Of a stretch of 64,000 nucleotides of DNA, positions 1 through 11,200 are shown piece by piece. The stretch spans positions 32,001 to 96,000 of IMG/VR virus record IMGVR_UViG_3300027861_002706. One strand, written 5' to 3'. The position numbers were made by a program, and so were the translations under genes. The notes beneath the pieces are model-generated. The model had not been told where the DNA came from. It worked only from the letters and a program-made list of their open reading frames with translations, and did not search any database. This DNA is from a virus. Position 1 is the stretch's first letter; every line of letters starts with the position of its first letter.

Positions 1-1748
1 AGTGGAAAATCAGACAAAGTACTAACGTTAAATCCGCTAAGTGTTATTTGTTCTCCAACTATATTCATTTGACTACCATACCGGTTAAGCTTATATATGG
101 AATAGTCTGGTCTGGGGTCTGATATTGGATTTATATCTAGAGTTGGGAATAATCCCATAGATTGAGGCTTATAATCTATTGGATTAGCTACCGTTAACTT
201 AGTCTTTATCTCGCTACCCACGCCTCCGCCGGCGTATACCTCATACCCCGAGTTAATCGCTGCAGATTCACTTAATACAGTATATATGTTCTGAAAATCT
301 CCTCCGTTGAAGGAGATATAGGAGTTTTTAACTTGCCTAAGTATAACCTCTTCATTTATATTTCTATTCCACCCACCAAATCCCCTGAATAGTTGGGCAG
401 ATGCAAATACATTAGAATCTCCACTATCTATTCCTATTGGTAGCCCGTAAAAATCTATGCCTTTATGTGTTTCAGTTGAAATCAAGCCAGATGGAGCATG
501 TATATCTCTTGATTTATAGGCTCCATTCCTAAATTCTATAGTTCTTTTCCCAGGTATATCGCTTGATTTATTAGAAGGTACTACGAGCTGCCAATCGCCT
601 ATCTTGTTACTAGAAGAGTCAGCCAAGCAGACATAATAGTTTATGCTACATGCAGTAGGTATAGTTTCTGACGAAGTGAGGGACACTCTATTGATATTTC
701 TAGCGAGACCTTTAGGTTTTAACACCTTAGAGATATATTGTCCTTCAGTAGCGGTACCTAGTGAATAGAAGCCTACGTGCTTGAGGCCAAACATATAGAT
801 GAAGTTTCCATTTTGGTCTTCTTCATCGTATTCTTGTTTCGTTATAATAAACCTAACTTTTTCTACTTGAGTAGAAGGAAAATCCATATTATATGTCTTA
901 GATTCTTGCTCAATCGATACGGATTCCGGTGTCTGTGGAAATATTATATAGTTGATATCATCAACCGTGTATTGCATTTGAACCTGCATGGGCTTACCGG
1001 AGTGTGGTATCAGTTGCACTCTAGTGATACTAAATACGCTGTCGGAAATGGCTGATAGTGGGATATCAAATTGTATAGCGAGAGGGCCCGGAGTACTGGT
1101 AACAACATCGTATCTCCATGGAGAATAGATATCAGAGAATGCATTTCCAAATCCAGCAGCAGGTCCATGATTAGATGAAACCACATCTCTGGAAGCTATA
1201 ACTGGCCAGGAGTCTTTCTCATATAAATGATTTAGCTTTATCTTTGACCCAGCAAGGTTGCTATACGGCAAGGATAGGCATCCTTCACGGACATCGACTA
1301 TATCTTTTGTACTGAGGTTTAGATTTGTCTTGGCTGTGGACTGAAAATTATCAAAGACCCCAAAAAAGTTGCCGTTCGCGTTATCTATAATAAATAACAA
1401 ATTATCTAAATAATCAATTATCTCATTCATCTGCTGAGATTGAGCCCTATATGAAAGATCAAACGTATTCAGTTTCATTAGCGTATTTGCTACTATATCC
1501 GTGATTTCATCATAGGCAATATCTATGTCAAACTCGAATCTCTCAAAAAAGCTATTGTAATGATCTATATTAAATACTCGTTTTCTTTCTTGAGGCTTAT
1601 ATCTCAATGTAGGTAGCCCATAGCTATCGCCAAGGATCTCTCCTATCTTATTCTGAAGGGCGCTAGTATCTAACAGCTTACCATCTTGCATCTGCATTAA
1701 TGATAGGTCAGCTATTAGCTTAGTTATTTGTTTTTTAGATAATGACAT
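1..1748 (-). CDS. Baseplate/virion structural protein, 3'-truncated by the window edge (at least 582 aa); paralog of the 856-aa and 877-aa proteins
   Basis: Absent from the ORF track. Translated by hand from the ATG at 1748 (MSLSKKQITKLIADL...); no stop down to position 1. Shares the N-terminal motif PTLRYKPQERKRVFNIDHYNSFFERFEFDIDIAYDE and a later YMFGLKHVGFY segment with its two upstream neighbours. Confidence 0.85.
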   Translation of the reverse strand, partial: MSLSKKQITKLIADLSLMQMQDGKLLDTSALQNKIGEILGDSYGLPTLRYKPQERKRVFNIDHYNSFFERFEFDIDIAYDEITDIVANTLMKLNTFDLSYRAQSQQMNEIIDYLDNLLFIIDNANGNFFGVFDNFQSTAKTNLNLSTKDIVDVREGCLSLPYSNLAGSKIKLNHLYEKDSWPVIASRDVVSSNHGPAAGFGNAFSDIYSPWRYDVVTSTPGPLAIQFDIPLSAISDSVFSITRVQLIPHSGKPMQVQMQYTVDDINYIIFPQTPESVSIEQESKTYNMDFPSTQVEKVRFIITKQEYDEEDQNGNFIYMFGLKHVGFYSLGTATEGQYISKVLKPKGLARNINRVSLTSSETIPTACSINYYVCLADSSSNKIGDWQLVVPSNKSSDIPGKRTIEFRNGAYKSRDIHAPSGLISTETHKGIDFYGLPIGIDSGDSNVFASAQLFRGFGGWNRNINEEVILRQVKNSYISFNGGDFQNIYTVLSESAAINSGYEVYAGGGVGSEIKTKLTVANPIDYKPQSMGLFPTLDINPISDPRPDYSIYKLNRYGSQMNIVGEQITLSGFNVSTLSDFP

Positions 1749-1750
1749 GA

Positions 1751-4321
1751 TTAACCCCTAGATAGACTGGTCTTAGGGACTAGTTTTACGCGATATTTTT
1801 TGAGCACAGGTGTGTAATACTCGGGATTAGCTAACGACGGATCGTTTTTCATCACAGCCTTTAGTCTGACTTGTTTAGCAGGCATCTCTGTCGTAATAGC
1901 CTTTATAGTAGTAGATCCTCCAGGCCCTGAGGTTTCAAAATTCACAGTAAGTATCTCCGGGACTACATTACCCTCGTTAGAGTACAGAGTTGGATGTCCT
2001 GTAGGATTTATGCGGTGCCAATCTCCATCATTAAAGGAGATATAGTACTCTATGTATCTCCTTTCAGGACTAAACTCAGCTGGGATCTCTTCGACTACCT
2101 CTAGTTGAGCTTTTATAATCTCTTTAGGAGTAGAAAAGCTTTTGCTTACTAGTTCAGAAGTCGGAGAAAATTTATAGTTAAACACAGATAGTTCTCTAAC
2201 TCCTATAGCATATCTCACCTTATCATAGTTCACTTCTAGCCATTGTTTTGCAATACTCCAACCGCTATCATCATGTGTAGTAGTCGTTTTAACACTTGTT
2301 TTTGAACCAAATAGAGCAGAAAGAACCCCGGCGATTATAGCGACTGGAATGGCGACAGGAGCAAGAGCTGCGAATGGTATAGCAAGTGCAACAGATCCAC
2401 CACCGGCGACTGCGCTTGCTAGAAGAGATCCCCCTATTCCAGCTCCCCCTGTGCTAGACCCCGAGACGCCTGCAGAATGAGAACCTGCGGCTGATTCTGG
2501 ACTGAAATCATCTACTGTATTATTATTACTATATATAGCTATAGTCTGAAGATAGTTCAGCTTGACAACTCTAGATATAAGGGTTTTACTTTTAGTTGTT
2601 GTATTCGTGTCTTTAGTAGACCCGTACCACTTTTTTTTCCGTTTTCTTACATGTACTGTAGTGTCAATCTCTCTTACCATTTGAACCGAAAGTCGCTGAT
2701 AGAGTGCTGGTACAGGTACTTTTTGTATTATTTTGAGTCGTACGTACCTGGAGAATGTCATTGGAAAGCTAAATACGCCCTTACCTCGGAAAGAGTACCT
2801 ATCGGGAGCTAGCACTTGTACGGCAACATCTGCCTGTAGCTCCTCGTTGGCTTCATCTGTTAAAACATTAGCGAATCTATGCTTGTACATGCCTGGAATA
2901 GTTTTGAACCCCTCAGATTCTGTGCCTGCAGTAGACACATCAGTTATTTCCATCCAAGCTGTTTCACCAAAGTTGATAGGCTGAAGGCTTACCCAGCTAA
3001 CAGGCTTTACTTGACCTAGATCTATCGTAATCTGTATCTCAAAATCTTCATTATCTGTTTGAATAGCTAAATCTCTAAGCTCGTCTAAGGAAAACTCTTC
3101 TGTACCTGGAGTTTGCTCAATTTTCTTGACGTATTCAGCTTCCCAGAATGATGCACTGCTCTCATCAAACATTCTTCTTCTTACTGCATTTTTCTCTGCC
3201 TCGCTGGCACCTCTATCAAACAACAGTAGGTCTTGAGCGCGCATAGCAGTACCGGGGATGTAACCATCTTGCTGTGTGGGGTCGAAAGGCTCATTTGTTG
3301 TATTGATCGTTTGGGTTGAATTTAGTTGCTCATCAGATATCCTGAATGGCCTCTCATCAAGATGCCATTGGCCACCCTCTGGTCTAGCTTGACCCATGAA
3401 ATTGTAGAAATTACCCTCGTAATATCTATTAACATTATCTGTTCTTGGAATACCCCCGACTATTCCAATCGTAGGCGGCGCGGGCTGTGGCGCAGACGTT
3501 CCTCCAGGTACTGTTCCTACTCCAGGATCTACTCCTTGTTGGGAACCATACCAGGCTCCTCCGCCTCCGAGTCCGGCATTACCAGTCATTGAGGGAATCG
3601 TTGTTGGAGTACCTACTGCACCTCCAGCAACAGCCCCAGCAGCAGGCGCAGCAGTAGGCGCAGCAGTAGGCGCAGCAGTAGGCGCAGTAGCTGATTCATT
3701 TACATAGAATCCCCCATTATCTGTTAGTATACTTGAAGGAGCGAGAGGTTCACAAGTGACTTTAGTTCCACCACCAACTAGATTGACGGATTCAATTCTA
3801 TTTAAAGTAACAAGACCATCTGCTGTTCTGACATCTGCGCTTGGTGCGGATAGGGCGAAAGCACCATCTACCTTTTTAATACTTTGAAAATCATCACCAA
3901 CGACAAGTACCTCTTGACCAAGCTGACCTTGGAATAGCCTGACATCAGTTATCTTAGATAGCGCAACTTCGCTGCGGTTCTCTAATTCTTTACCCATCTG
4001 TTTGGCGGCGTTATAAGACCCTATCACAATCGGCTTTATCGCGTTAGTCTCATCGGTACATACGGACAAGTCCTCCATTGCATCTAATATGGTGTCATTG
4101 TATTTTTCAGCTACTACGACATCTCCTTTAGTCAAAGGAGAGAACTGGAATCTAGGAGATTTAGCTTTAGTAAAGAATCTTTTAAACTCTATGAATAAGT
4201 CTGTCAGTATATCGAATATACTCCCACGATCTCTTTCGGAGTTTCTCCTGACAATACGGTCAAATAGCGCCGCAATCTTATTCTTGGTTAGCCTAGAGCG
4301 GTTTGGGTTCTTGAATCTCAT
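1751..4321 (-). CDS. Baseplate/virion structural protein (856 aa) with a discoidin/F5-8C-like module, a Pro/Ala/Gly linker and a hydrophobic segment
   Basis: Long ORF, ATGA-coupled to the upstream gene. MFDESSASFW and ITIDLGQVKPVSWVSLQP resemble the coagulation-factor 5/8 type-C fold. Lies downstream of the baseplate genes. Confidence 0.6.
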   Translation of the reverse strand: MRFKNPNRSRLTKNKIAALFDRIVRRNSERDRGSIFDILTDLFIEFKRFFTKAKSPRFQFSPLTKGDVVVAEKYNDTILDAMEDLSVCTDETNAIKPIVIGSYNAAKQMGKELENRSEVALSKITDVRLFQGQLGQEVLVVGDDFQSIKKVDGAFALSAPSADVRTADGLVTLNRIESVNLVGGGTKVTCEPLAPSSILTDNGGFYVNESATAPTAAPTAAPTAAPAAGAVAGGAVGTPTTIPSMTGNAGLGGGGAWYGSQQGVDPGVGTVPGGTSAPQPAPPTIGIVGGIPRTDNVNRYYEGNFYNFMGQARPEGGQWHLDERPFRISDEQLNSTQTINTTNEPFDPTQQDGYIPGTAMRAQDLLLFDRGASEAEKNAVRRRMFDESSASFWEAEYVKKIEQTPGTEEFSLDELRDLAIQTDNEDFEIQITIDLGQVKPVSWVSLQPINFGETAWMEITDVSTAGTESEGFKTIPGMYKHRFANVLTDEANEELQADVAVQVLAPDRYSFRGKGVFSFPMTFSRYVRLKIIQKVPVPALYQRLSVQMVREIDTTVHVRKRKKKWYGSTKDTNTTTKSKTLISRVVKLNYLQTIAIYSNNNTVDDFSPESAAGSHSAGVSGSSTGGAGIGGSLLASAVAGGGSVALAIPFAALAPVAIPVAIIAGVLSALFGSKTSVKTTTTHDDSGWSIAKQWLEVNYDKVRYAIGVRELSVFNYKFSPTSELVSKSFSTPKEIIKAQLEVVEEIPAEFSPERRYIEYYISFNDGDWHRINPTGHPTLYSNEGNVVPEILTVNFETSGPGGSTTIKAITTEMPAKQVRLKAVMKNDPSLANPEYYTPVLKKYRVKLVPKTSLSRG
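3645..3687. repeat. 12-bp tandem repeat (GGCGCAGCAGTA x3 plus a partial copy) encoding APTA repeats
   Basis: Read directly: perfect copies at 3645-3656, 3657-3668 and 3669-3680. Confidence 0.95.
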
Positions 4322-6951
4322 AGCTTTGTATTCTTTATCTTTACTTTGATGTTATCTACTTTAGGGGTTATGTCTGTAACAATATTCACGTTACATCTCA
4401 TAGTTATATTGACCTTTACGTACTGTGTAAGCCACCTATAAAATACTTTTATATTACTTTGTTTAATTGGCTTACTAAAATATATGAATGGTCCTGCTTG
4501 GATATATTGATATTCGAGTCCAACAGCATTGTCGTCTACAAATGCGGGGTTCTCTAGTTTTTCAAAATCCGTGAGATTGAATGCTTTGACGTCATTGACA
4601 AACACTCGTGTCGGCTCATAGGTATTATCCTGAAAATAGAATCTTCGGCCATCGACATAGTAGGACTGGCCAGCTTGGTACTCAGTAGAGCTATTAGTAG
4701 ATCCCGCATAGTTGCTAGCCAGAGTCATGCTTGTGGCGTTTGTTATGGATTCTATCTGATATGTTTCAGTTTCATTTTTGACGCGGAAATAATTAGTTAC
4801 TCCGATAGATGTGTCTATGTTAGATGTAAAATCTGTTAGGTATCCAGTTACCGCGGTATCGCTGTTAGTAGTAGCGACTGTTCCAGCCATGTAGTTTGGT
4901 TTTGTAGGCTCGAATATCCATTTATCGGACTCTCCATCTAGCTTAGTCCAAGACGATGCATTATTTATTATCTCGTATTCGGTGTATGGGTAGTACGAAA
5001 GTCTTATCGCATTGTTTGTATTGGTTTCTGTGAATGTTTCACCATCACTAAACTCTTTTGAGTCAAACACTTTTAGTGCGTTGACTGTAACCGCAGATGG
5101 CAACACCCAGTAGTCGATAGTATATATAGCATTAGAATCAAAATTGTTTACAATAGTGAGTTTACCGAAGCTGCCCGATGTGTCGAATGTATACTCGGAT
5201 AGTAGGATTCGCATTCCGTTTTTTCGAATAACTACGGCAGAGCCCTGTAGGGGTTTAAATCTAGTGTAACCATACTCATCTGCTCTAGGAATTTTTAAGT
5301 ACTCATCCTTAACTTTATATCCAGAAATACCTTGTACGGTACTAATCCTAGGCGCGCTATCTGGTAATATAGGAATTCTTGTGTTGTCTGCAAATTCAAG
5401 TTCGTACTCTATGGAGGTTCTATTAAATTTAGTGTATCCATCATTAAATTCAGGATGAATCTCTGTAGCTTCTAGTTGGATCTCAGTGATAGTAGCATTC
5501 GAGTTGAATTTTGGTGATTCATAGTATGATACTGGCTGGTATCGTACATATGATATATCTATAGATCGTATCCCATATATATATTCAAATTTCTTTACTT
5601 CTATGGTTTCTGGAGTGTTAGGTTTATCCGGTTGATCAGATCCCATTAGCGATGCAATTGACTTACTTTTAGGAAGAGCTATCTTATGCAATATGCTAGT
5701 CATAGCATCAGTAAAATTTTGCATATTTTTATACTGATCTTTTTGTTTTACATCTTGAAAATGCATGTATCTTATCTCTTCAGATACCATATGGACTGCA
5801 TTTAGGAAGGCTAATTTTTCTGGCTCAGCTTTTATAACTCCATAATTCATATCGTCTAATTTAAAATCAAACATAGAATCGTCATATTCTGATTGAGCTA
5901 TCTGACTCCATAGCATTTGGTTATGGACTATGTTTGCTGGTAAATGATATATATTTTTATCATAGTTTTCTTGCTCAAGTACTATAATCAGATTAGACAT
6001 AGCGATTGGCCTGAATGATATCTCGTACCAATCGAGTGTAGGCTCCTTTACGGTAAACCCGGGCACAGTTCTGTATGTGCTCTCAGAAGGATTTTGCTTA
6101 TATGCAAGATCTACTATTCTTACAGGATAAGGAGCAAATGGGAGAATAGATATGTTATTTACTTTACTTGTTTTTGGGAACTGAATCTCTATCTCACCGA
6201 TCGCGCCATTGGAAGTATAGCTTGTGCCTAATCCGGCATCAGAGGTAGTTTGATAAGTATGTTTAACAACTTCATCTGTAAGAACCAGCTGGGCCCAAAA
6301 TGTTCTTGGATCATTATCGAGCATATTGTCGGTATCAAATGACTGATCTAAGTTATTAGTTATTCCACCGCCAAGATTCTTAATAGTTACTACAGTCTCA
6401 GATTCACCAGTTCTCTTGTCTTGGACTCTAGCTCTGCTGCGTTCACCTAGTTCTAATTTTCTTACATCAGTATCAACGATGGCTTTAGGTTGTCTTTTAG
6501 TAGCGTTTCTGGCATCAGAAAAATCTATGTATTTAAGGTCCTGATACTGGGGATTATCTTTTAAAAATTGGTACTTCTCTATCTCATTCAGGGACTTAAT
6601 GATTGATGCTTTAGACTGTGTAAAATCTGCTAAGTTGGATGCAAATGACGTACTTGCTATTTTATCTACCTGATTTAGCTCAGAATAGAGTGCAAACATG
6701 TCTACATACAGTTCTTTTTGTGTGTCGTTCCAGTCTTCTGAGCTAATTCTTTCACCAGGTATTGCTTCTCTGAACTTAGTTATAGGTTCAAGAGTCGATT
6801 TAGCTATCCTTTTGATCAGGGTAGCTAATAGCTCCTTGGCTTCACCGGAGTTACTTACCATACCCGCTTTAATCTCTGAGTTAATCAGGGACTTGAGCGC
6901 GGAACGTCTACCCTTAGATAGAACAGATGATATTTGTTGTAGTAGCTTCAT
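4318..6951 (-). CDS. Baseplate/virion structural protein (877 aa), paralog of the flanking proteins
   Basis: Long ORF with ATGA overlaps at both ends. DNMLDNDPRTFW and EIEIQFPKTSKVNNISILP are discoidin-like; FEYIYGIRSIDI matches segments in the neighbours. Confidence 0.6.
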   Translation of the reverse strand: MKLLQQISSVLSKGRRSALKSLINSEIKAGMVSNSGEAKELLATLIKRIAKSTLEPITKFREAIPGERISSEDWNDTQKELYVDMFALYSELNQVDKIASTSFASNLADFTQSKASIIKSLNEIEKYQFLKDNPQYQDLKYIDFSDARNATKRQPKAIVDTDVRKLELGERSRARVQDKRTGESETVVTIKNLGGGITNNLDQSFDTDNMLDNDPRTFWAQLVLTDEVVKHTYQTTSDAGLGTSYTSNGAIGEIEIQFPKTSKVNNISILPFAPYPVRIVDLAYKQNPSESTYRTVPGFTVKEPTLDWYEISFRPIAMSNLIIVLEQENYDKNIYHLPANIVHNQMLWSQIAQSEYDDSMFDFKLDDMNYGVIKAEPEKLAFLNAVHMVSEEIRYMHFQDVKQKDQYKNMQNFTDAMTSILHKIALPKSKSIASLMGSDQPDKPNTPETIEVKKFEYIYGIRSIDISYVRYQPVSYYESPKFNSNATITEIQLEATEIHPEFNDGYTKFNRTSIEYELEFADNTRIPILPDSAPRISTVQGISGYKVKDEYLKIPRADEYGYTRFKPLQGSAVVIRKNGMRILLSEYTFDTSGSFGKLTIVNNFDSNAIYTIDYWVLPSAVTVNALKVFDSKEFSDGETFTETNTNNAIRLSYYPYTEYEIINNASSWTKLDGESDKWIFEPTKPNYMAGTVATTNSDTAVTGYLTDFTSNIDTSIGVTNYFRVKNETETYQIESITNATSMTLASNYAGSTNSSTEYQAGQSYYVDGRRFYFQDNTYEPTRVFVNDVKAFNLTDFEKLENPAFVDDNAVGLEYQYIQAGPFIYFSKPIKQSNIKVFYRWLTQYVKVNITMRCNVNIVTDITPKVDNIKVKIKNTKL

Positions 6952-8210
6952 TCAAACTCCAACAGTGTGTCAACACCTAGAGTTACATGTTTGGATATTC
7001 GACGCTTGATCTCAGCTATTGTCATTACATCTTTAACTTCTTCTGGTATCTCTGCGATGATTACAGATGATCCTGGGTAAGGCACCCCGTCAGCAAATCC
7101 AACATCAGTAACAGAGTACATGTTTTTATTCTTTTGCAAGCTGCTACTGTACTCTGCATCTTTTATTCCACCACCTCTGGTACGTGTATCTAGTATATTT
7201 GTATCTTCTACGGTATTAGTCTGTCTGATATGGTATCCACCAAGGATAAGTATCGGCTCATTTTCAGCAGGCAAAGAAACTATCGCGTCTAATAGGTTGT
7301 TAGATATCTTATGATAGATAGACTTACCTCGAGATATCCCATCTGGATGAACCTCTGTTGGTTTCAAGTATATAAGTACATATCTGCCAGCTACGCCTGG
7401 GTTCTGTTCTATGGCCGGGTTCAGATTTATCTTATCATATACATACGAGATATCTTTATACGTATATTCTACAAAGACTTCAGAATTTTGAGGTAGCTCT
7501 TCTTTAAGATATATGAAGCCGTTTTGCTCGTCTACATCTTCTATCATGTCATATAAAGGTACACCGCCATCTACAGATATATCTATATTACTATCTCTAT
7601 AGTATAGTGGTTTATCTCTCAGTATTATTTTTTTTCTATCTGAGAATAGTCCTTTATCTGCACCTGGCTTATACGGGCGGCCATAGACAGGATGCCAGAG
7701 TTGGTTTTCATACTCCGGTACACTGAATATATAGTTTTTACCACCGTGAGATTTAGATATTGTTCCTATATCGATTCTTGGATACCATGGTGCGGTTCTA
7801 TCGCTGTCACTTACTCCGTCTATTCGTATTCTAGTTTCTTCTTCGTACCTAACTACATGTCTTTTTAGATCTATAAAGTAGCCACCCTCATAGTTGGGAG
7901 CAGAGGTGTTAGTCACCAGTTCACCAGTATCTAAATTTAGCGCCTCGTTCAAAGCTACTGCTTTAAATGGGAGGTTAGAGACATTGATATCTCTTTGAAA
8001 ATCCCTTATATTTTTATCAGTGTATATTATCTCTATTGTTTTAGCAGGAGACATTTGCTCCAAGACAACACTGGTGTCAGTTCCAGAAATACTAAAATCT
8101 GTACCAAAGGTACCAGAATTAGAATGATAGACGATAAGCCCTCGGGACTTATCTCTTTTCTCCACATAGTGGACTGGTATCTTTTGGTGCGGGTCTGAAA
8201 ATCTGGTCAT
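6948..8210 (-). CDS. Conserved-looking phage baseplate-region structural protein (420 aa)
   Basis: Long coupled ORF in the structural operon. Motifs PWYPRI, DTRTRGGGI and DGVPYPG recall, from memory, proteins of large phages with this tube family. Function not assigned. Confidence 0.45.
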   Translation of the reverse strand: MTRFSDPHQKIPVHYVEKRDKSRGLIVYHSNSGTFGTDFSISGTDTSVVLEQMSPAKTIEIIYTDKNIRDFQRDINVSNLPFKAVALNEALNLDTGELVTNTSAPNYEGGYFIDLKRHVVRYEEETRIRIDGVSDSDRTAPWYPRIDIGTISKSHGGKNYIFSVPEYENQLWHPVYGRPYKPGADKGLFSDRKKIILRDKPLYYRDSNIDISVDGGVPLYDMIEDVDEQNGFIYLKEELPQNSEVFVEYTYKDISYVYDKINLNPAIEQNPGVAGRYVLIYLKPTEVHPDGISRGKSIYHKISNNLLDAIVSLPAENEPILILGGYHIRQTNTVEDTNILDTRTRGGGIKDAEYSSSLQKNKNMYSVTDVGFADGVPYPGSSVIIAEIPEEVKDVMTIAEIKRRISKHVTLGVDTLLEFE

Positions 8211-8211
8211 G

Positions 8212-11200
8212 TTATCCTGTATTTACGTATAAATCGTATCTGCCTGCATTAGCGGTTAAAACTGTAAAGTAAGTATCTTGTCCAGCAGTCCCATACTGCA
8301 CTATGGGCTCTGGATTTATGACTTCTCTCTTTCCAGGTATCAACTTGTATGAATTCGCGCTATCTGATGCATTATATTCTACAAAGATAGACTTCCCTGA
8401 TAAAGATAAAAAGTGGCTATATATAACAACTGCGAAATTACCTGCAGGAAGATCATTATTATAGAAGTCCTTTGAAGATACTTCTATGTCGTAAGGGTAC
8501 TGGGCTATATCTAGCTCAGTACCATTTTCTGAGACTATCCTTATCTCAGGCTTTAGCACATCTAGATCTGATACTAAGATCCCGGATTTGTTGAGATAAT
8601 ACCTACCTCTGCCCACTAGATACTTATAGAATAAGGGGTACGGCGCTTCTAGATCTCTTCCAACAGCAGATCTATTAGATATTACTATATCCGTAGTGTC
8701 TATTTGTCCCCCATAATAGAGCTGTGTTCCAGCGATGTATTCAACTACTTGATTTTGGAGTGAGAACTTACCGCGGAGATGGTTAGAGATATTAGCCGAC
8801 TCCATATCTGAAAGATCTATAATTGATATATTATTATCTGCATCTAGATCAGGTGTATTTATCTTTGCTAAGTTCACACTACCATCAGGTACGGTAGGAG
8901 CTATCCTGAATGGAGACTTTGTCTCACACACAACAGCTGCTATTCCACTAGATATAATGGTCCTATCAAATGAATTTGTATACTTATATGGCCTATCGCT
9001 GGATATCTTATATGAACCAAAGTCTACATATAGATGAGTATCCCCTGCGGTTCCCTCAGGCATGACAGCGTAGGCCACTCGAGGACTAGTGGCTAGTACT
9101 CTTCCTGTATTCAATTTGGATCCCCCTACATATACGTCTAAGGGAGGATCTGATTTGATAGTATCTGTCTGACTCCAGTCAGAGAAGGTAGAGCTATCTA
9201 ATAGACCTTCTATCACAGTTAGTTCATCTATTGATCCGACACAGCTAGCAGCTATCTCTATTCCCGGTTTAGCTGCCCCTCCAACATTCATATAATTGCT
9301 GATGGTCTGGGGAACCAACTCAGTAAATTCTTCGTAAGTTCCTGCGACCCAGGTTCTAACTGAAGTAGTCGTAGGATCTATTGCGACACCACACGACCTA
9401 TATGTATTGGTTCCTGCGTATGCGGAAGTATGAGAGTGAGATAAACGAGGTGAAGCGTTACCGTTATACACATCTACATACAGGTAGCCACTGGTGTCAA
9501 TACCTATATCATAACCCTTGATAGAGGCACCCGTTGAAATGTATCTGACTATACTGGATTTTTGAATTGGATTTCTATATCCACCAAACTTGAAGAACAC
9601 AGACATCGGCTGATCGTTACCGCCAGCCATGCCAGCATCGTATGGCACAAGCATTCCGCCATATATCTCTGATCCATTATTTAAGAACGATCTAGCGAAG
9701 TGGGTAGCTGATCCTATGACGCCAGATTCACCTCTAATAGTAATCCTTCTTTTTGCATGAGGTATTATTGCTTCATTGTTAGTTCCGCCCCAGAACTCCA
9801 CATCGTCTACAATAGGACCAGCTGATTCATTGAAGTGAAGAAGTGTCTGTGTTTTCCAATCGCTAGCAGTCCCTGCTCCAGTATACGCTGGTATCTCGTA
9901 TATATTTCTGAAGAATGGATCTACTATACCGGCGGATTGTGCATAATTAGATAGACTGGCTGCGGAAGTTTCTATCCTTAATTCATCTATTCTCATATGT
10001 GTAGGATTATTATTAAGATTATCGGAACCTGCGAATATACCTCCGTCACTCAGATCCATATCACCTATACTGGCAGATCTAGTGAGTGCGTTTAACTCTC
10101 CGTCGATTGAGGCACTTAGGTAAGTACCTCTTTTTGATATACTTATCAAGCTATCCTTATTGAGAGGTACTGGCCAAGTTCCTGTCGCAGAGACAGAATT
10201 GGCCCGCAAAATAGGATAGCCCTTGTTATCTAAGGATAATTTTATTTCATTACTAGATCCTACAGCATAAAAAATTACTCCATTATTAGATAAGTTATAG
10301 GCTAATAGATTAGCATAAAAATCTATGGTCCAATCAGCAGCAGCAAAATTATAAGCATTAGTCGTAATTGCATAAAATGATCCTTTTGTTATATCATGTA
10401 ATCGTATATTTGATACGCTGAACTCTGTTTTATCTGGCGCGATATCCTGTGTGGATGTCCATGATATTTTGTTATTACCATCAACAAAATCCTCAATTAA
10501 GAGCTCAACTTCTTTTACGCCTTTATAGTCAAAGTTGGTGAAATAGGATGTATTCAATAATGAACCATTATCATGTACAACTTTAATTGCACCAAAAGCA
10601 ATATCTAAATGGAACTTGAGAAGCTTATCTCCATCAGAGCCAGTGATATTTGTTATTGCAAAACCATCAGATAGTCCAGTAGAATGAGCCTTAACTACTT
10701 GAGCGTTATATGGAGTACCGGTAAGATTGTCCGCTGCGATATCTAGGTAATGTGTGCCAGCGGAAAATTCTATGGTTTCATTAGAGTTAGCAATAATCTC
10801 TAGTCCGCTACCAATAAATCCAAAGGCCGTACCAACACCAGTGTCTCCGTTAGGATCCACATACCCCGTGACGTCTATAAACGTATCTAAAAATGATGTA
10901 GCATTAGTGGCCGACACTGCAGAAGTTCCAAGCTGAATTTGTTCATTAAAGACTCCCGCTATACCTGACTGGACTTCAAGTGTGGTCTGCCCTGTTATGT
11001 CATTTGTAGAGGAGTCCACTAGATCAGATCCACTATTAAAATGATATAAACCTACAGTGGTAGAGGATGGAATTCTTTCCGATCTTAGGTTATTAGTACT
11101 ATCCAATTGGATAGCTATTGTATTGCCGCCGTCTACTCCACCCCAGCTAGGCTCTAATATTATCTTAGATTTGTCCGAGGAAGATTTGAGTGTGATGCGA

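Noticed and set aside
7628-7636. A9 run (minus strand) and the A8 run at 2631-2638 as phase-variation or frameshift sites
   Set aside because: Both simply encode Lys-rich segments in intact ORFs, with no useful alternative-frame extension seen.
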